From Mobula birostris (Eukaryota): a stretch of 64,000 nt of DNA. Every line of letters begins with the position of its first letter. Within the stretch, counting starts at the first letter, position 1. Under the pieces are notes generated by a model. The model ran no database searches, was not told the origin of the DNA, and saw only the letters and a program-made list of their open reading frames with translations. The stretch lies in assembly GCF_030028105.1 (NCBI RefSeq), contig NC_092379.1, forward strand, positions 28,017,821 through 28,081,820. Direction: 5' to 3'. Below, one piece after another: positions 22,826 through 36,157 of the stretch. Both the position numbers and the translations under genes were made by a program.

Positions 22826-25609
22826 AGGGGCAGGACTGGCAGCTAAATATTCCAGGGTTCCGATGTTTCAGATGTGATCGAGGCAGAGGAATTTAAGGTA
22901 GGGGAGTGCATAGCTTGTTAGGGAAAATATTACAGCAGTGCTCAGGCAGGGCAGATTAGAGGGCTTGTCTACTGAGTCCTTGTGGGTGGAGCTGAGAAAC
23001 AGGAAAGCTATGGCCACTTTAGTGGGATTGTATTACAGACCACCCAATAGTCAAAGAGAATTGGAAGTGCAAATCTGCAGACAAATAGCAGGCAACTGCA
23101 GGAAACATAAAGTTGTGGTGGTAGGTGATTTTAATTTTCCATATATTTATTGTGTCTCCCATACTGTTAGGGGTCTAGATAGTTTAGAGTTTGTAAAATG
23201 TGTTCAGGAAAGTTTTCTAAATCAATATATAGAGGGACCAACTAGAGGGGATGCAATATTGGATCTCCTGTTAGGAAACGAGTTAGGACAAGTGACAGAA
23301 GTCTGTGTAGGGGAGCACTTTGGTTCCAGTGATCATAACACCATTAGTTGCAACTTGATCATGGACAAGGTCCGATCTGGTCCTAGGGTTGAGGTTCTTA
23401 ACTGGAAGAAGGCCAAAGTTGAAGAAATGAGAAAGGATCTAAAAATCGCGGATTGGGACAGGTTGTTCTCTGGCATGGATGTGATCGGTAGGTGGGAAAC
23501 CTTCAAAGCAGAAATTTTGAGAATGCAGAATTTGTATGTTCCTGTCAGGATTAAAGACAAAGTGAATAGGAATAAGGAACCTTGGTTCTCAAGGGATATT
23601 GCAACTCTGATAAAGAAGAAGAGGAAGTTGTATGACGTGTATAGGAAGCAGGGAGTAAATAAGGTGCTTGAGGAGTATAAGAAGTGCAAGAAAATACTTA
23701 AGGAAGAAATCAGGAGGGCTAAAAGAAGACATGAGGTTGCCTTGGCAGTCAAAGTGAAGGATAATCCAAAGAACTTTTACAGGTATATTAAGAGCAAAAG
23801 GATTGTAAGGGATAAAATCGGTCCTCTTGAAGATCAGAGTGGTCGGCTATGTGCGGAACCAAAGGAAATGGGGGAGATCTTAAATAGTTTTTTTTTTTTT
23901 TGCGTCTGTGTTTACTAAGGAAACTGGCATGAAGTCTATGGAATTAAGGGAAACAAGTAGTGAGATGATGGAAACTGTACAGATCGAAAAGGAGGAGGTC
24001 CTTGCTGACTTGAGGAAAATTAAAGTGGATAAATCCCCGAGACCTGACCGGGTGTTCCCTCGGACCTTAAAGGTGACTAGTGTTGAAATTGCGGGGGCCC
24101 TGGCTGAAGTATTTAAAATGTCGCTGTCTACAGGTGAGGTGCCGGAGGATTGGAGAGTGGCTCATGTTGTTCCGTTGTTTAAAAAAGGATCGAAAAGTAA
24201 TCCGGGAAATTATAGGCCAGTAAGTTTAACGTCGGTAGTAGGTAAGTTATTGGAGGGAGTACTAAGCGACAGAACCTACACGCATTTGGATAGACTGGGA
24301 CTTATTAGGGAGAGTTAACTTGGCTTTGTGCGTGGTAGGTCATGTTTGACCAATCTTTTGGAGTTTTACGAGGAGGTTACCAGGAATGTGGATGAAGGGA
24401 AGGCAGTGGATATTGTCCACATGGACTTTAGCAAAGCCTTTGACAAGGTCCCGCATGGGAGGTTAGTTAGAAAAATTCAGTCGCTAGGTATACGTGGAGA
24501 GGTGGTAAATTGGATTAGACATTGGCTCGATGGAAGAAGCCAGAGAGTGGTGGTAGAGAATTGCTTCTCTGAGTGGAGGCCTGTGACTAGTGGTGTGCCT
24601 CAGGGATCAGTGCTGGGTCCATTGTTACTTCCCATATATATCAACGATCTGGATGATAATGTGGTAGAGTGGATCAGCAAGTTTTCTGATGATACAAAGA
24701 ATGGAGGTGTAGTAGACAGTGATAAAGGTTTTTAGAGCCTCCAGAGGGACTTGGACCAGCTGGAAAAATGGGCTAAAAAATGGCAGATGGAGTTTAATAC
24801 TGACAAGTGTGAGGTATTGCATGTTGGAAGGACAAACCAACGTAGAGCATACAGGGTTAATGGTAAGGCACTGAGGAGTGCAGTGGAACAGAGGGATCTG
24901 GGAATACAGATACAAAATTCCCTAAAAGTGGCGTCACAGGTAGATAGGGTCGGAAAGAGAGCTTTTGGTACATTGGCCTTTATTAATCAAAGTATTGAGT
25001 TTTAGAGCTGGAATGTTATGATGAGGTTGTATAAGGCATTGATGAGGCCGAATCTGGAGTATTGTGTTCAGTTTTGGTCAGCAAATTACAGGAAGGATAT
25101 AAATACGGCTCAAAGAGTGCAGAGAAAGTTTACAAAGATGTGCCGACACTTGAGAAACTCAGTTACAGGGAAAGGTTGAATAGGTTGGGACTTTATTCCC
25201 TGGAGCGTAGAAGAATGAGGGGAGATTTGATAGAGGTATATAAAATTATGACGGCTATAGATAGAATGAATGCAAGCAGGCTTTTTCCACTGAGGCAAGG
25301 GGAGAAAAAAAAAAAACAGAGAACATGGGTTTAGGGTGAGGGGGGAAAAGTTTAAAGGGAACATTAGCGGGGGCTTCTTCACACAGAGAGTGGTGGGAGT
25401 ATGGAATGAGCTGCCAGATGAGGTGGTAAATGCCGGGTTTTTTTTTTTAACATTTAAGAATAAATTGGATAGATACATGGATGGGAGGTGTATGGAGAGA
25501 GATGTTCCGTGTCCAGGTCAGTGGGACCAGGCAGAAAATGGTTCGGCACAGCCAAGAAGGGCCAAATGTCCTTTTACTTTGCTGTAGTTTCTATGGTTTC
25601 TATGGTTTC
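22826..25609 (+). mobile_element. 5'-truncated CR1 ORF2 (APE part plus RT), different subfamily
   Basis: ORF fragments 22938-25334 with VVGDFN, GSSDHN, GVPQGSVLG, KFSDDTK; TTTCTATGG tail. Confidence 0.92.
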
Positions 25610-26610
25610 TTCTGCACCATTTCCATGGTTTTCATTTCCGTCCGGTACTGAGGTGACCAGAATTGAGCACAAAACTCCAAGTGCGGTCTGACCAGGGTCA
25701 TATATAGCTGCAACATTACCTCTCGGCTTTTAAACTCAATCCCACGATTGATAAATGTCATTTGCGCCGTATGCTTTCTTAATAATAGAGTCAACCTGCG
25801 TAACAGTTTTGAGTGTCCTATGAACTCGGACCCCAAGATACCTCTGATCCTTCACACTGCCAAGAGCCTTGCAATTAGTGTTATAAGCTGCCATCATATT
25901 TGACCTACCAAAATAAGCCGCCTCACACCTATTTGGGTAGAACGCCATCTGCCACTTCTCAGCCAAGTTTTGCATCCTATCATTGTCCAGCTGTAAAAGC
26001 TGACAACCTCCGCAATATGGACAACACACCCAACTTTGCGCCATCAGCAAATTTACACACCCAGCCTTGCAATTCCTCATCCAGGTAATTTATAAAGCCC
26101 AAAAGGGTAGGGGTCCTAGAACAGATCCCTGAGGCACACCACCCGTCACCAGCCTCAATGCAGAATATGACCAGTCTGCAAACACTGTTTGCCTTCTGTG
26201 GGCAAGCCAGTTCTGGATCCACAAAGCAATATCCACTAGGATGCCATAGCTCCTTACTTTCTCAATAAGCCTTGCATGGTGTACCTTATCAAAGGCCTTG
26301 CTAAACTCCATATGTACTACATCTACGGCTCTAACTTCATCAATATATTTAGTCACGTCTTAAAAAACAAAAAAAAAAAAAACAATCAGGCTCGTAAGGC
26401 ATTTGTCTTTGACAAAGCCATGCTGACTATTGCTAATCATATTATGCCTCTCGAAATTTTCTTAATCCGGCCTCTCAGGATCTTCTCCTCCGTCCCTACT
26501 TCCAAGAACCCTAAAACTATGCCCTCTCGTGCTAGCCATTACAGCCCTGGGAAAAAGCCACTGACTATCCACACGAACAATGCTTCTCATTAACTTGAAC
26601 ACCTCTACGT
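25610..26610 (-). mobile_element. CR1 RT portion (right part of the split element) plus an extra 3' fragment
   Basis: MEFSKAFDKV, GVPQGSVLGP, IEFKSREVMLQLY on the minus strand. Confidence 0.85.
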
Positions 26611-27029
26611 AGTGCTTAATCATCTTACTTTATCGTGGCGAGTCTCTGGGTCCAAAAAAGATCTATATGGTTATTCAAAGTAGAAACCACTGGAGCTGTA
26701 TCAGCTTGGGTTACTCCTGGAAATATTCTGCAGCAGAAAATTGCATTCGCAATGGCCATGAGATTGACATCGACGACAGAACTTTTCTGTACCTCGTCTG
26801 GTGAAGAAAGCCATTGAAACAGAAACATGGAAAAATAAATCTAACACCGGCGGTCTCGCTACAAGTAACACGTGTAGAATGATTGTAAACAAGTTGTGGC
26901 AGCTGAAGCCTAATTATACGAGGACTAAACAATCAGATGGCTGATCGAAGGGACAATAAATATCACCGGGTACATGCATCATCGTTGATGTTTTTTGGCA
27001 GAGTTTGCCGGGGAAGCGTCGGTAGAATT

Positions 27030-29400
27030 TGACGTGTGCAATAAAACGGATTTGATGAGGGGACTCGAGGTAAAGGAGCGATTAGGAGGTAGTATGATCA
27101 TATGTTAATCATACTATAATCTTATATAATAATATCATAAGTTTTAATCTATAATTTGAGACGGAGAAGGGAAAATCGGAAGTGTCAGTATTACAGTTGA
27201 ACAAAGGAGACTAACGAGCCATGAGGGAGTAGCTGGCCAAAGTTGACAGGAAAGATACCCTAGCAGGGATGGCAGTGGGACAACAATGGCAAATATTTCT
27301 GGGAATAATACAGAAGGTGCAGGATCAGTACATTCCAAAGAGGAAGAAATATTCTACGGGGAGTAAGGGGCGAACGTGGATGACAAGGGATGTCAAGGAC
27401 AGTATAACAATAAAAGAGAAGAAGTATAATAAAGCAAAGATGAGCGGAAATCTAAAGGATTAGGAAGCTTTTAAAGAGCAACGGAAGATAACTAATAAGG
27501 CAATACAGGAAGAAAAGATGAGATACGAAGGTAAGCTAGCGAAGGATATAAAGGAAGGTAGTAAAAGCTTCTTTAGGTATATGAAGAAAAAACAAATAGT
27601 TAAGACGAAAGTTGGGCCCTTGATGACAGAAACGGGTGCTTTTATTATGGGCAACAAGGAAATGGCAGTCGAGTTGAACAAGTACTTTGGATCTGTCATC
27701 ACCAGGGAAGACACAAACAATCTCCCAGAAATAATACTGTCCAGAGGACATACAGTAACGGAGGAATTGAAGGGAATTCACCTTAGGCAGAAAGTAGTGT
27801 TGGTTAGGCTGATGGGAATGAAGGTTAATAAATCCCAAAGGCCCGATGCTTCGTATCTTAGGGAACTTAAGGAGATGTCTCTAGAAATCGTGGAACCATT
27901 GGTACTCATTTTCCACATGTCGATAGATTCAGGGTCAGTTCCTGAGGATTGGAGGGTAGCTCATGTTATCCCACTTTCTAGGAAAGTAGGGAGAGAGAAT
28001 AAAAGGGAATTATAGACCAGTTAGCCTGACATCAGTGGTGGGGAGGACTCTGGAGTCAATTATAAAAGATGACACACCGTCACGTTTGGATAGGAGTAAC
28101 AGGATCGGTCCGAGTCAGCATGGATTTACGAAGGAGAAATCATGCTTGACTAATCTTCTGGATTTTTTGAGGATATAACTATGAAAATGGACAAGGGAGA
28201 GCCAGTGGATAGAATGTACCTGGACATTCTGAAAGCCTTAGATAAGGTCCCACATAGGAGATTAGTGGGCAAGATTAGAACACATGGTATTGGGGATAGG
28301 GTACTGACACGGATAGAAAATTTGTTGGCAAACGGTAAACAAAGAGTAGGGATTAATGGGTCCCTTTCAGAATAGCAGACAGTGACTAGTGGTTTACCGC
28401 ACGGCTTGGTGCTGGGAACACAGCTATTTACAATATATATAACGATTTAGATGAAGGGATTAAAAGTAACATTAGCAAATTTGCAGATGACACAAAGGTG
28501 GGTGGCAGTGTGAAATGTGAGGAGGATGTTATGAGAATGTAGGGTGAATTGGACAGGTTGGGTGAGTGTGCAGATGCATGGCTGATGCAGTTTAATGTCG
28601 ATAACTGTGAGGTTATCCACTTTGGTGCAAGAGCAGGAAGGTATATTACTATCTGAATGGTGTCATGTTGGAAAAAAAAAAGGGAAGTACAACGAGATCT
28701 AAGTGTCCTTGTGCATCAGTAACTGAAAGTAAGCAGCAGGTACAGCAGGCAGTGAAGAAATCTAATGGCATTTTGGCCTTCATAACAAGGGGAGTTGAGT
28801 ATAAGAGCATAAGTCCTTCTGCAGTTCTACAGGGCCCTGGTGAGACCGCACCTGGAGTATTGTGTGCAGTTTTGGTCTCTAAATTTGATGAAGGACATTC
28901 TGCTATTGAAGGAGTGCAGCGTAGGTTCACGAGGTTAATTCCCGGAATGGCGGGCTGCCATATGTTGAAAAATTGGAGTGACTGGCCTTGTATACACTGG
29001 AATGTAGAAGGATGAGATGGATCTGATTGAAATATATAACATTATTAAAAGGATTCGGCACGCTAAAGGCAGGAAACATGTTCCCAATGTTACGGGAGTC
29101 CAGCATCAAAGGCTACAGTTTAAGAATAAGGGGGTCGGCCATTCAGAACGGAGTTGAGGAAAAACTTTTTCACCCAGAGAGTTGTGGATTTGTGGAATAC
29201 TCTGCGTCAGAAGGCAGTGGAGGCCAGTTCTCTGGATGCTTTCAGGAAAGAACTAGATACAGCTATTAAAGATACCGGAGTCAAGGGATATGGGGAGAAG
29301 GCTGGAACGGAGTATTGATTGTGTGTGATCATCCATGATCACAGTAAATGGCGGGGCTGGCTTGAAGGCCCGAATGTCCTAATCCTGCACCTATTGTCTG
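27030..29400 (+). mobile_element. 5'-truncated, frameshifted CR1 ORF2 with 3' end
   Basis: [43 protein letters not shown] and CR1 3' UTR. Confidence 0.9.
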
Positions 29401-30500
29401 AACCCCGCTGGAAGCCCGAGAATTGTTTATTCGTAATGCATAACCAAGCTGCTCCATTTGTCATGCATGCTGGAGCGCAATTTTACCTAGAAACGTATGG
29501 TTATGCGTGTAATATAAGAGCATAGTCAATATTTGGCATTATGGTTGATAACTAGCCGTGTGTACTGAGTTCAGACCAGACTCAAAGCTACATTAACCAA
29601 GACACTGCCTGCAATAACTTCACTAGAAACAAAATAAAAGTTACAAGTGTTTGGGATTACAGATTAAATTGACAACACTTTTTTTTGCCATTGATTTCTG
29701 TTTATCGCTCTTTCTTCGTCTTCAATTACAGTCAGAACCAAGAAAATGTTATCAGTATTTGCCTTCACGTGGTGCTCACATATAGTAAAGGCCATGTATT
29801 TTTTTGAGGAAATAACACCGACAGATTCTGATGTACGTAGAGAGTGAAAGATTCCACGACAAACAGCAGTAATAGAAACATAAACAGTGATGATCCTTAC
29901 CACATTCTGAACATCAGATTTCCAGTTGACATACAGTGGGTTATTGGTGTGAACGACCATAAAAAAAAGCGTTGTTGCTGTATGTACAGTTTTGGTCACA
30001 CTACTAAAGCAATAATATGGTAATTAGAAGGAGGATGCAAAAGCCATTAACTAGATATTCTTGAAAAGCAGGCCGGATGTTCAAAATACACACTGGATAA
30101 CTCCAGGTATTCTTTTTCACTTGATGCAGCTGGCAGAGGAGAGAACTGTTGGAGGTTTATAAGAAATATAAATTACATACTTAGGATAGAACGCTGAAGC
30201 ATTTTCTCCCACTGAAGACTTCTCTAAGCGCTGGTTTAAAGTATGCGAGGAGAGAACGTCAGAGAAGATCAAGTGAGAGATTGTTTTACACAGATGATAT
30301 TTCATGGAGTTAGGAATTGAGACGAAATGAGCGACCGTGAGCTGAAGCCAGCACGGAATAACAATCGTTCAAAGTACACTTTGCTGTTGATAAGGAAACG
30401 GAAATCTTGGAGAGATGTTCGATGAATGCAGGTGGAACGAAATTCCGACTATTGGAACAGCAGTTAGAAGAATATGAGAAGTGAAAGCACATGATTTTAT

Positions 30501-31380
30501 TGTTACATGCTCAAGGAGATCTGTTTTTTTTTTGTGAGAATGGTGTAATGGTCTTTTGGAGGTCACCTGATGTGATTTTCCAGCCCATGTGCGGTCACGT
30601 GATGACATCTGCCCCATGAATATATAAAGGTCGACCCAGGTGATGCAGTTAGTTTTTGAGTTTGTAGATTTCCAGGTAGAACGTGTTGTGCCTCCGTTTC
30701 TGTTGCGTGTTTGTTTTTGTGACGCAGTCTCATTTTTTTAAAAGGAAGTGCGTTCTCTTACAAGATGTAGTATTATTAGACTGGAAATGTGTGGCTGGAA
30801 GTGCCTATTTACTCAATTCCGACATTTGAAGGGAGAGTGCAGAATTCATCGAAGGATCGAGCGAAGTCAGCATCGATTGGCAGTTTAATAAATAATCGAC
30901 CTTATTGAGTCTTCCTTGGAAAGAACCTGCATCGAGATAACTCTTGCAAAGGGCATTGAGTCCATGCAATAAGGTGCTCTCTCTCTCTAACGGAATTTAA
31001 GTTCAGTCGATTGGAATTCTTTATTTTCGGCATCGGGAATCCTGTGGACAGAACCAGCAGTAAAGGTGCGTCTGTGAAGAAATCCTTCTCCAGAGAAGTC
31101 TCTCCCAACTGAATGTGTTAAATTGTTAGACTTTCGAAGTTATCGCTTTAAGAACTGTATCTGACTGTATCGCTTTATGAAATGTTCTCGCATTTAACGC
31201 TTTAAGAACCAGTTCCGAGTGGAGTTGGTGAACGCTGAATATCTGTTAAGTTCCGGTTAAAGTTTCCCTTTGTTTTTTTTTTTTTTTACTCCCTTATCGT
31301 TTATACGTGTTTAATAAATGTTTGGTTGTTTTTTATATAACCAGTCTCGATTAATATTCATTGTTGCCGGTTACGTAACA
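30501..31380 (+). mobile_element. Solo LTR (880 bp)
   Basis: TGTTAC...GTAACA termini, TATATAAA ~30621, AATAAA ~31313, near-TSD TTAT/TTGT. Confidence 0.65.
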
Positions 31381-32939
31381 TTGTAATAACCAATACTCTA
31401 TTATAGTACTCAATATAGTACGTAGATATATACAATTAAGAAAATTAAACCATGGTCCAGATTGTTATAGGATGAGAGATGTCGAATGGGCTTGTGCATT
31501 TTAATAGTCCTGTCCAATCCATTATTAGGCCCGTTTATTATTTTTAAACAAATTCTGCTCATATTTTCCAAGTCACACTTCTGCTTACAATATTTGTGCA
31601 TTTGACACAGATTTAGCCCGTTTCAGTATGGCTTGATATCACACTGGACAAGATTCATTTTTTTTTTTAATGCTGCTTGCTTGATTTTTTTTTGTTTGTT
31701 TATGTTAAACACCTTGAAGCTGAACAGAATTGAAACCCTTGGCTTCTTTGGCTGCATAAGTCGAAAGAAGACACTCTCCGATCCAGCGAAACTCGGAAGA
31801 TTGAGACGGCTCTCCAATGCCAAGCACCGGCTTGTGAGGATGCCTTGTAATTTGCTACCCCGTAACAAATTAGTGGCACAAAGAGACAGACAGTGTCCGG
31901 TATGTGATTGAGGGAATTATATTAATGAATTTGAACTTAACTAAAGTGCTACTAAAGAAAAGAAAAAATAAAAGTGCCCATTTTAATTAAACAGTCAAAT
32001 GTGCACAAGTTGGATCTCAGCACAAGTTGGAGCTCACCGTTTCACCATATTCATCGATCCTCAATCGATCATTCCTCCTGGCATCATCGAATCATGGTCC
32101 CGTTCCGGGTATATTCGTACGTCCTGTTTCTCCATCTCCGGCCGAACCAAATCCCCAGGCCCAACGTTATTTTCCCTCAGCAAAAAACCTCTCCTCAGTT
32201 CAATCATTCTAACTGTGTGTCACACAATCCCCTTCATACCTTATCACTAACAATAGAGCAAAACAGGCTGAAGGAAGAACATATTGCACTTACCGATATG
32301 CCAAACGAAATTTATAAAGCGTAATAGCTTTCAAATACAACAGGGCATTGCGCTATTCCACCAACAAGGTAGTCATGCCTTCATGACTTCGAAATAATTT
32401 GTAATTCCATCATTAATAAGACCATTTTCAAAGGAAATTTAAAATCGGTCAGAACCTCCAACCCATTTGTAAATGTAATGATATATCTCACAAGAGGATA
32501 TTCCTGACACTATGTTCCCACGGGGCTACATAGGACAGACTATCTGGGTGTCTTCTGACTCTTTGAGCCCTCCTTATCCCATCACCTACTTCTCTTTGGA
32601 ATACTCTTTGGGACACGCTTTGGGATACTTCTGTTGTACCTGGCGAGACTTCCCACGATCGATTACAGTGGACAACAAAGATTTTGCTTCCTCAATAATT
32701 TAGGTGTATCTGATGAGTTTTGGGCTGCTGATTATGTAAATCAACATGAACTGTTCTCATCATGCATAGTTTTTAAATAAACTTGTGTTTATTATATCAA
32801 TTCAAGTTTCAAGTCAATTAAACTATTGCCGATAATGTAAGCTGGAACGTTTCCTATCTTGTCCAGGCATGCTTGGGCATGCTTAGGCGGCGCGGCTGCT
32901 GCATAGCACGACAGGTTTTAGTAATAATTATTGGATTCA

Positions 32940-33550
32940 AGACTGTAAGGATGGAATTTGCTTTCACTGGGCACAAAGATTTCAATGAGGAATTTTGATA
33001 TTTGAGACTGGTGCTTCCCAGAATAACTGATGCTAAGATTAAGTAAAGCGTTTTTGTTGGTCCACAAATCAAACAGGCCACCAATGACAGGCAATTTGAA
33101 GAATTTCTAGTGGAGCCGGAGAAAATCACGTGGAAGGGATTCAAGGAAATTGTTGAAATTGTTCTCGGCACCTCCAGAGCACCAAACTAGATGCAGCTGG
33201 TTGAAAGCTTGTCTCAAGCATATAAAACCATTAAATGCATCATGTCACCAAAGATTCATTTTTTGCATTCCCATTTAGACCTCTCCCTGCAAATCTTGGT
33301 GCTGTTAGTGAGGAGCATGGTCAAAGTTCTCACCAGGACATTGCGGTCATGGAGAAAAGATACCAGGACGACTTGAATCCATCAATAGGGGCGAATTATT
33401 GCTTTACACTTCAGCGAGAAGCCTCAAACACTTAGTACAAATGAAAATCATTCACAAAATATTTTAACTCAGTTGAATTGTTGCAAAGCATCAGTACCAT
33501 TATGCAATTAAACACATTATAATCAATAAAAGTTGTTTTTTCTCCGGGTA
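32940..33550 (+). mobile_element. Chapaev3-type (CMC) DNA transposase C-terminal relic
   Basis: DAKIK..FVGPQI, MSPKIHFLHSHLD and NLGAVSEEHGQ.SHQDIAVMEKRYQ match the recalled SLKIHFLHSHLD...GAVSDEHGERFHQDI signature. Confidence 0.75.
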
Positions 33551-35838
33551 GATGTGGTAGCTCGATATGCTGATGCTACACTTAAATAATTCAATCTATA
33601 CGCTTCTGAGGAATTCCTTTTTGTTTATTATGTAAATATCTCAGTTATGCTCACTCAGTAGTCAAACAAAAATATCAAAAGTAATTTTGGTTTACAGTTA
33701 ACACAGTACATGTGTGAAGAAGGTGCAAATTGAAAACCTGAGCCAGTTAGTTCCTCACAGCTAGTTTCGAAAACGTTAAATGATTGTATTCACTTTCAAC
33801 GACTGGCACATTGGTAAATACTTCTTAGGACTGAAAAAAAAAGTCTCAGTTTACTGCTTGTTTTATGGACTTATTTGGAATGTGCCAACTCTGTAGGAAG
33901 AGGGAATTTTCACTGACAGGAATGTTTGTCAGTACAAAGAGAATGAGTCTGACATGCCGACTCTTATGTAAAGAGACCTGGGAGCACAAAACAACTGGAA
34001 CCGACAGAAACTGTTTTCTGCATATTTCTTAAAAAATACAGAGCTTTCTGGCCTGTTCCGCTGAACAAATCTAACTTCTTAAGTACCGATTTATTTGTTT
34101 CAATTTACACAAGCGGAACACACAATATAAATGGCAGGACCAAATTACTAAGCAAGTTCGTTTAGGTTCATATTGTGTAAAAGGGTGGTGCAGAAACTGA
34201 CTTGCTCAAGCAAATGTTTACAAGTGTTCAAGCAAAACTTGGGATATATTCATTAAACGTCATTATTCCACGTTTCAAAAAAAAAAATCTCAGTAATTAC
34301 AACCGCAACAGAAGAAAATGCACCACAAATGGCATCAAATGGCAATGAACTGGTCGAATGCGTGAACGATCGTTAGCTAAGAAAGGTATGCTTTCGAAAC
34401 CCAGTGACGACCAAGCCTGCATCCCGTTCTCGAGCAGAGGAATCCTATAGTGGGGGAAATATCCCGATGCTGTGGGAAGGTACTGTGGTAGCGATTTCCA
34501 GGAAATCGGCTACAAGGGTCTAAAATAGATGGTGAGTGATTGATGAGGGGAGACTGGCCACGAGTTTCATAAGGAAGAGGTCAAACAGTTATAAAATAGC
34601 CTACAGGTTAGCACAAAGATATACTGTTCCTATGACCCGTATTTAATTTGCACCACTGTTTCTAAAGCCGTTGTACTTCCTTCCTGGAACACGTGGGATT
34701 TATGTCGGTTGCAGTCGTTTCCACCATCAGCCCAAAGTCTGGAAAGATTTGTTAGGCTGATTGGTTATTGCAAATTATAGCGTGATTACGCTAGGATTAA
34801 ATCCGGATATTGCCGGACTGCGTACCTCGAGGTGCGGAAAGGGCTAATTCCTCACTGATATCAAGAAATAAATAAGTAATCAAATAAACAAACAAATACA
34901 TAAGTAAATAAATAAAAATGGGCATACCCTTTAAATCAATATGTTCGGGGCGAAGTCGGGATGAATTTGGATTTTTAAATAATTTATCCAACGCTTATAG
35001 ATGACAGGTAAATTAAATTAAATGCATAAGCTCTTTGGATTTTTGCAGAACCGAAGAAACCGTTTACAATGCATGCCGCGATCTCCTTCAGGACTGCAGC
35101 TATTGATTACCCCGTTTCGTGTGAAAGATGAAACAGAATTTCACTGTAACAATAAATCGGTTCATGCGCCCTTTATTTGCTACATTTGAATTCACTTCTC
35201 ACTGTGTTCACAGTGAAGTTACAGGAGGGAAAGTTTATTCGGAAGCGGAAATAAATTGCACCTTAGTAGCGAAATATTGTGTTACCCTTGCGACCCTGTA
35301 AGTCCCGCATCATCAATCTGTTTGCAGCAGGAAAAGTCTGAGTTTGCGATAGGCTTTCAACTTCAAATTTCCTTTTTGATTTAAAATTCTGTATTTTTGT
35401 ACGTCTTGAATTTTGAGCACCGATTTCATAATATGAACAGAGCGATGCAATGAGAACATTGTCTTCCGAAAGATCATTTTGAAAATTTTAGTAATGGACC
35501 AGATAATACCAGATGTACGATATTATTCGGAAGGAGTGAGATGCTCCAGCGGGTACAAGTGTTTGAACAGTAAAGCTCGCAGACTGAAAAGGTGAGTAAC
35601 TGTTCCTAGATAGTCTCACCCTCCAACAGTCGTTCAGTCGATTTTAAATCGTCATCATTAGACGCAGTACCTACAGAATTGTTTTAAATGTTATTACTTA
35701 TTTATTTGTTTGTTTGCCTGGTTATTTAACCTTTTCCCTTCATCTACAGAACGATCTATCTGTTCGTCTGCGACAAATAATTTGGTTATTTATTTATTTA
35801 TTTTTAAAATTCAATTTACTTAATTACCATTAGTTTAT

Positions 35839-36157
35839 GTGGCCAACTGGTTAAGGCGTTTGTCTAGTGATATGAATGTCGCTGGTCGAGCCTCGGCTGG
35901 TGCAGCGTGTTGTGTTCTCGAGCAAGGCACTTAACCACACATTGCTCTGCGACGACACCGGTGCCAAGCTATATGGGTCCTAATGTCCTTCCCTTGGACA
36001 ACATCGTTGGTGTGGAGAGGTGAGACTTGCAACAAGGGCAACTGTCAGTCTTCCATATAACCTTGCCCAGGCCTGCGCCCTGGAAATCTACCAAGGCACA
36101 AATACATAATCTCACGAGTCTAACGGATGACTATATATAGATATAGATATAGATATT
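35839..36157 (+). mobile_element. tRNA-derived SINE with CORE-like domain
   Basis: A-box GTGGCCAACTGG, B-box-like GGTCGAGCC, GAGCAAGGCACTTAACC core, (ATATAG)n tail; partial copy at ~44430-44636. Confidence 0.75.

Noticed and set aside
35200-35215. CACTGTG-TT-CACAGTG resembling a RAG signal joint
   Set aside because: There is no nonamer at 12 or 23 nt on the right side, two extra bases separate the heptamers, and paralogous sites (~518, ~46458) lack the pattern.
35839-35910. tRNA gene
   Set aside because: The A/B boxes lead into a SINE body and tail, and no complete cloverleaf is evident.
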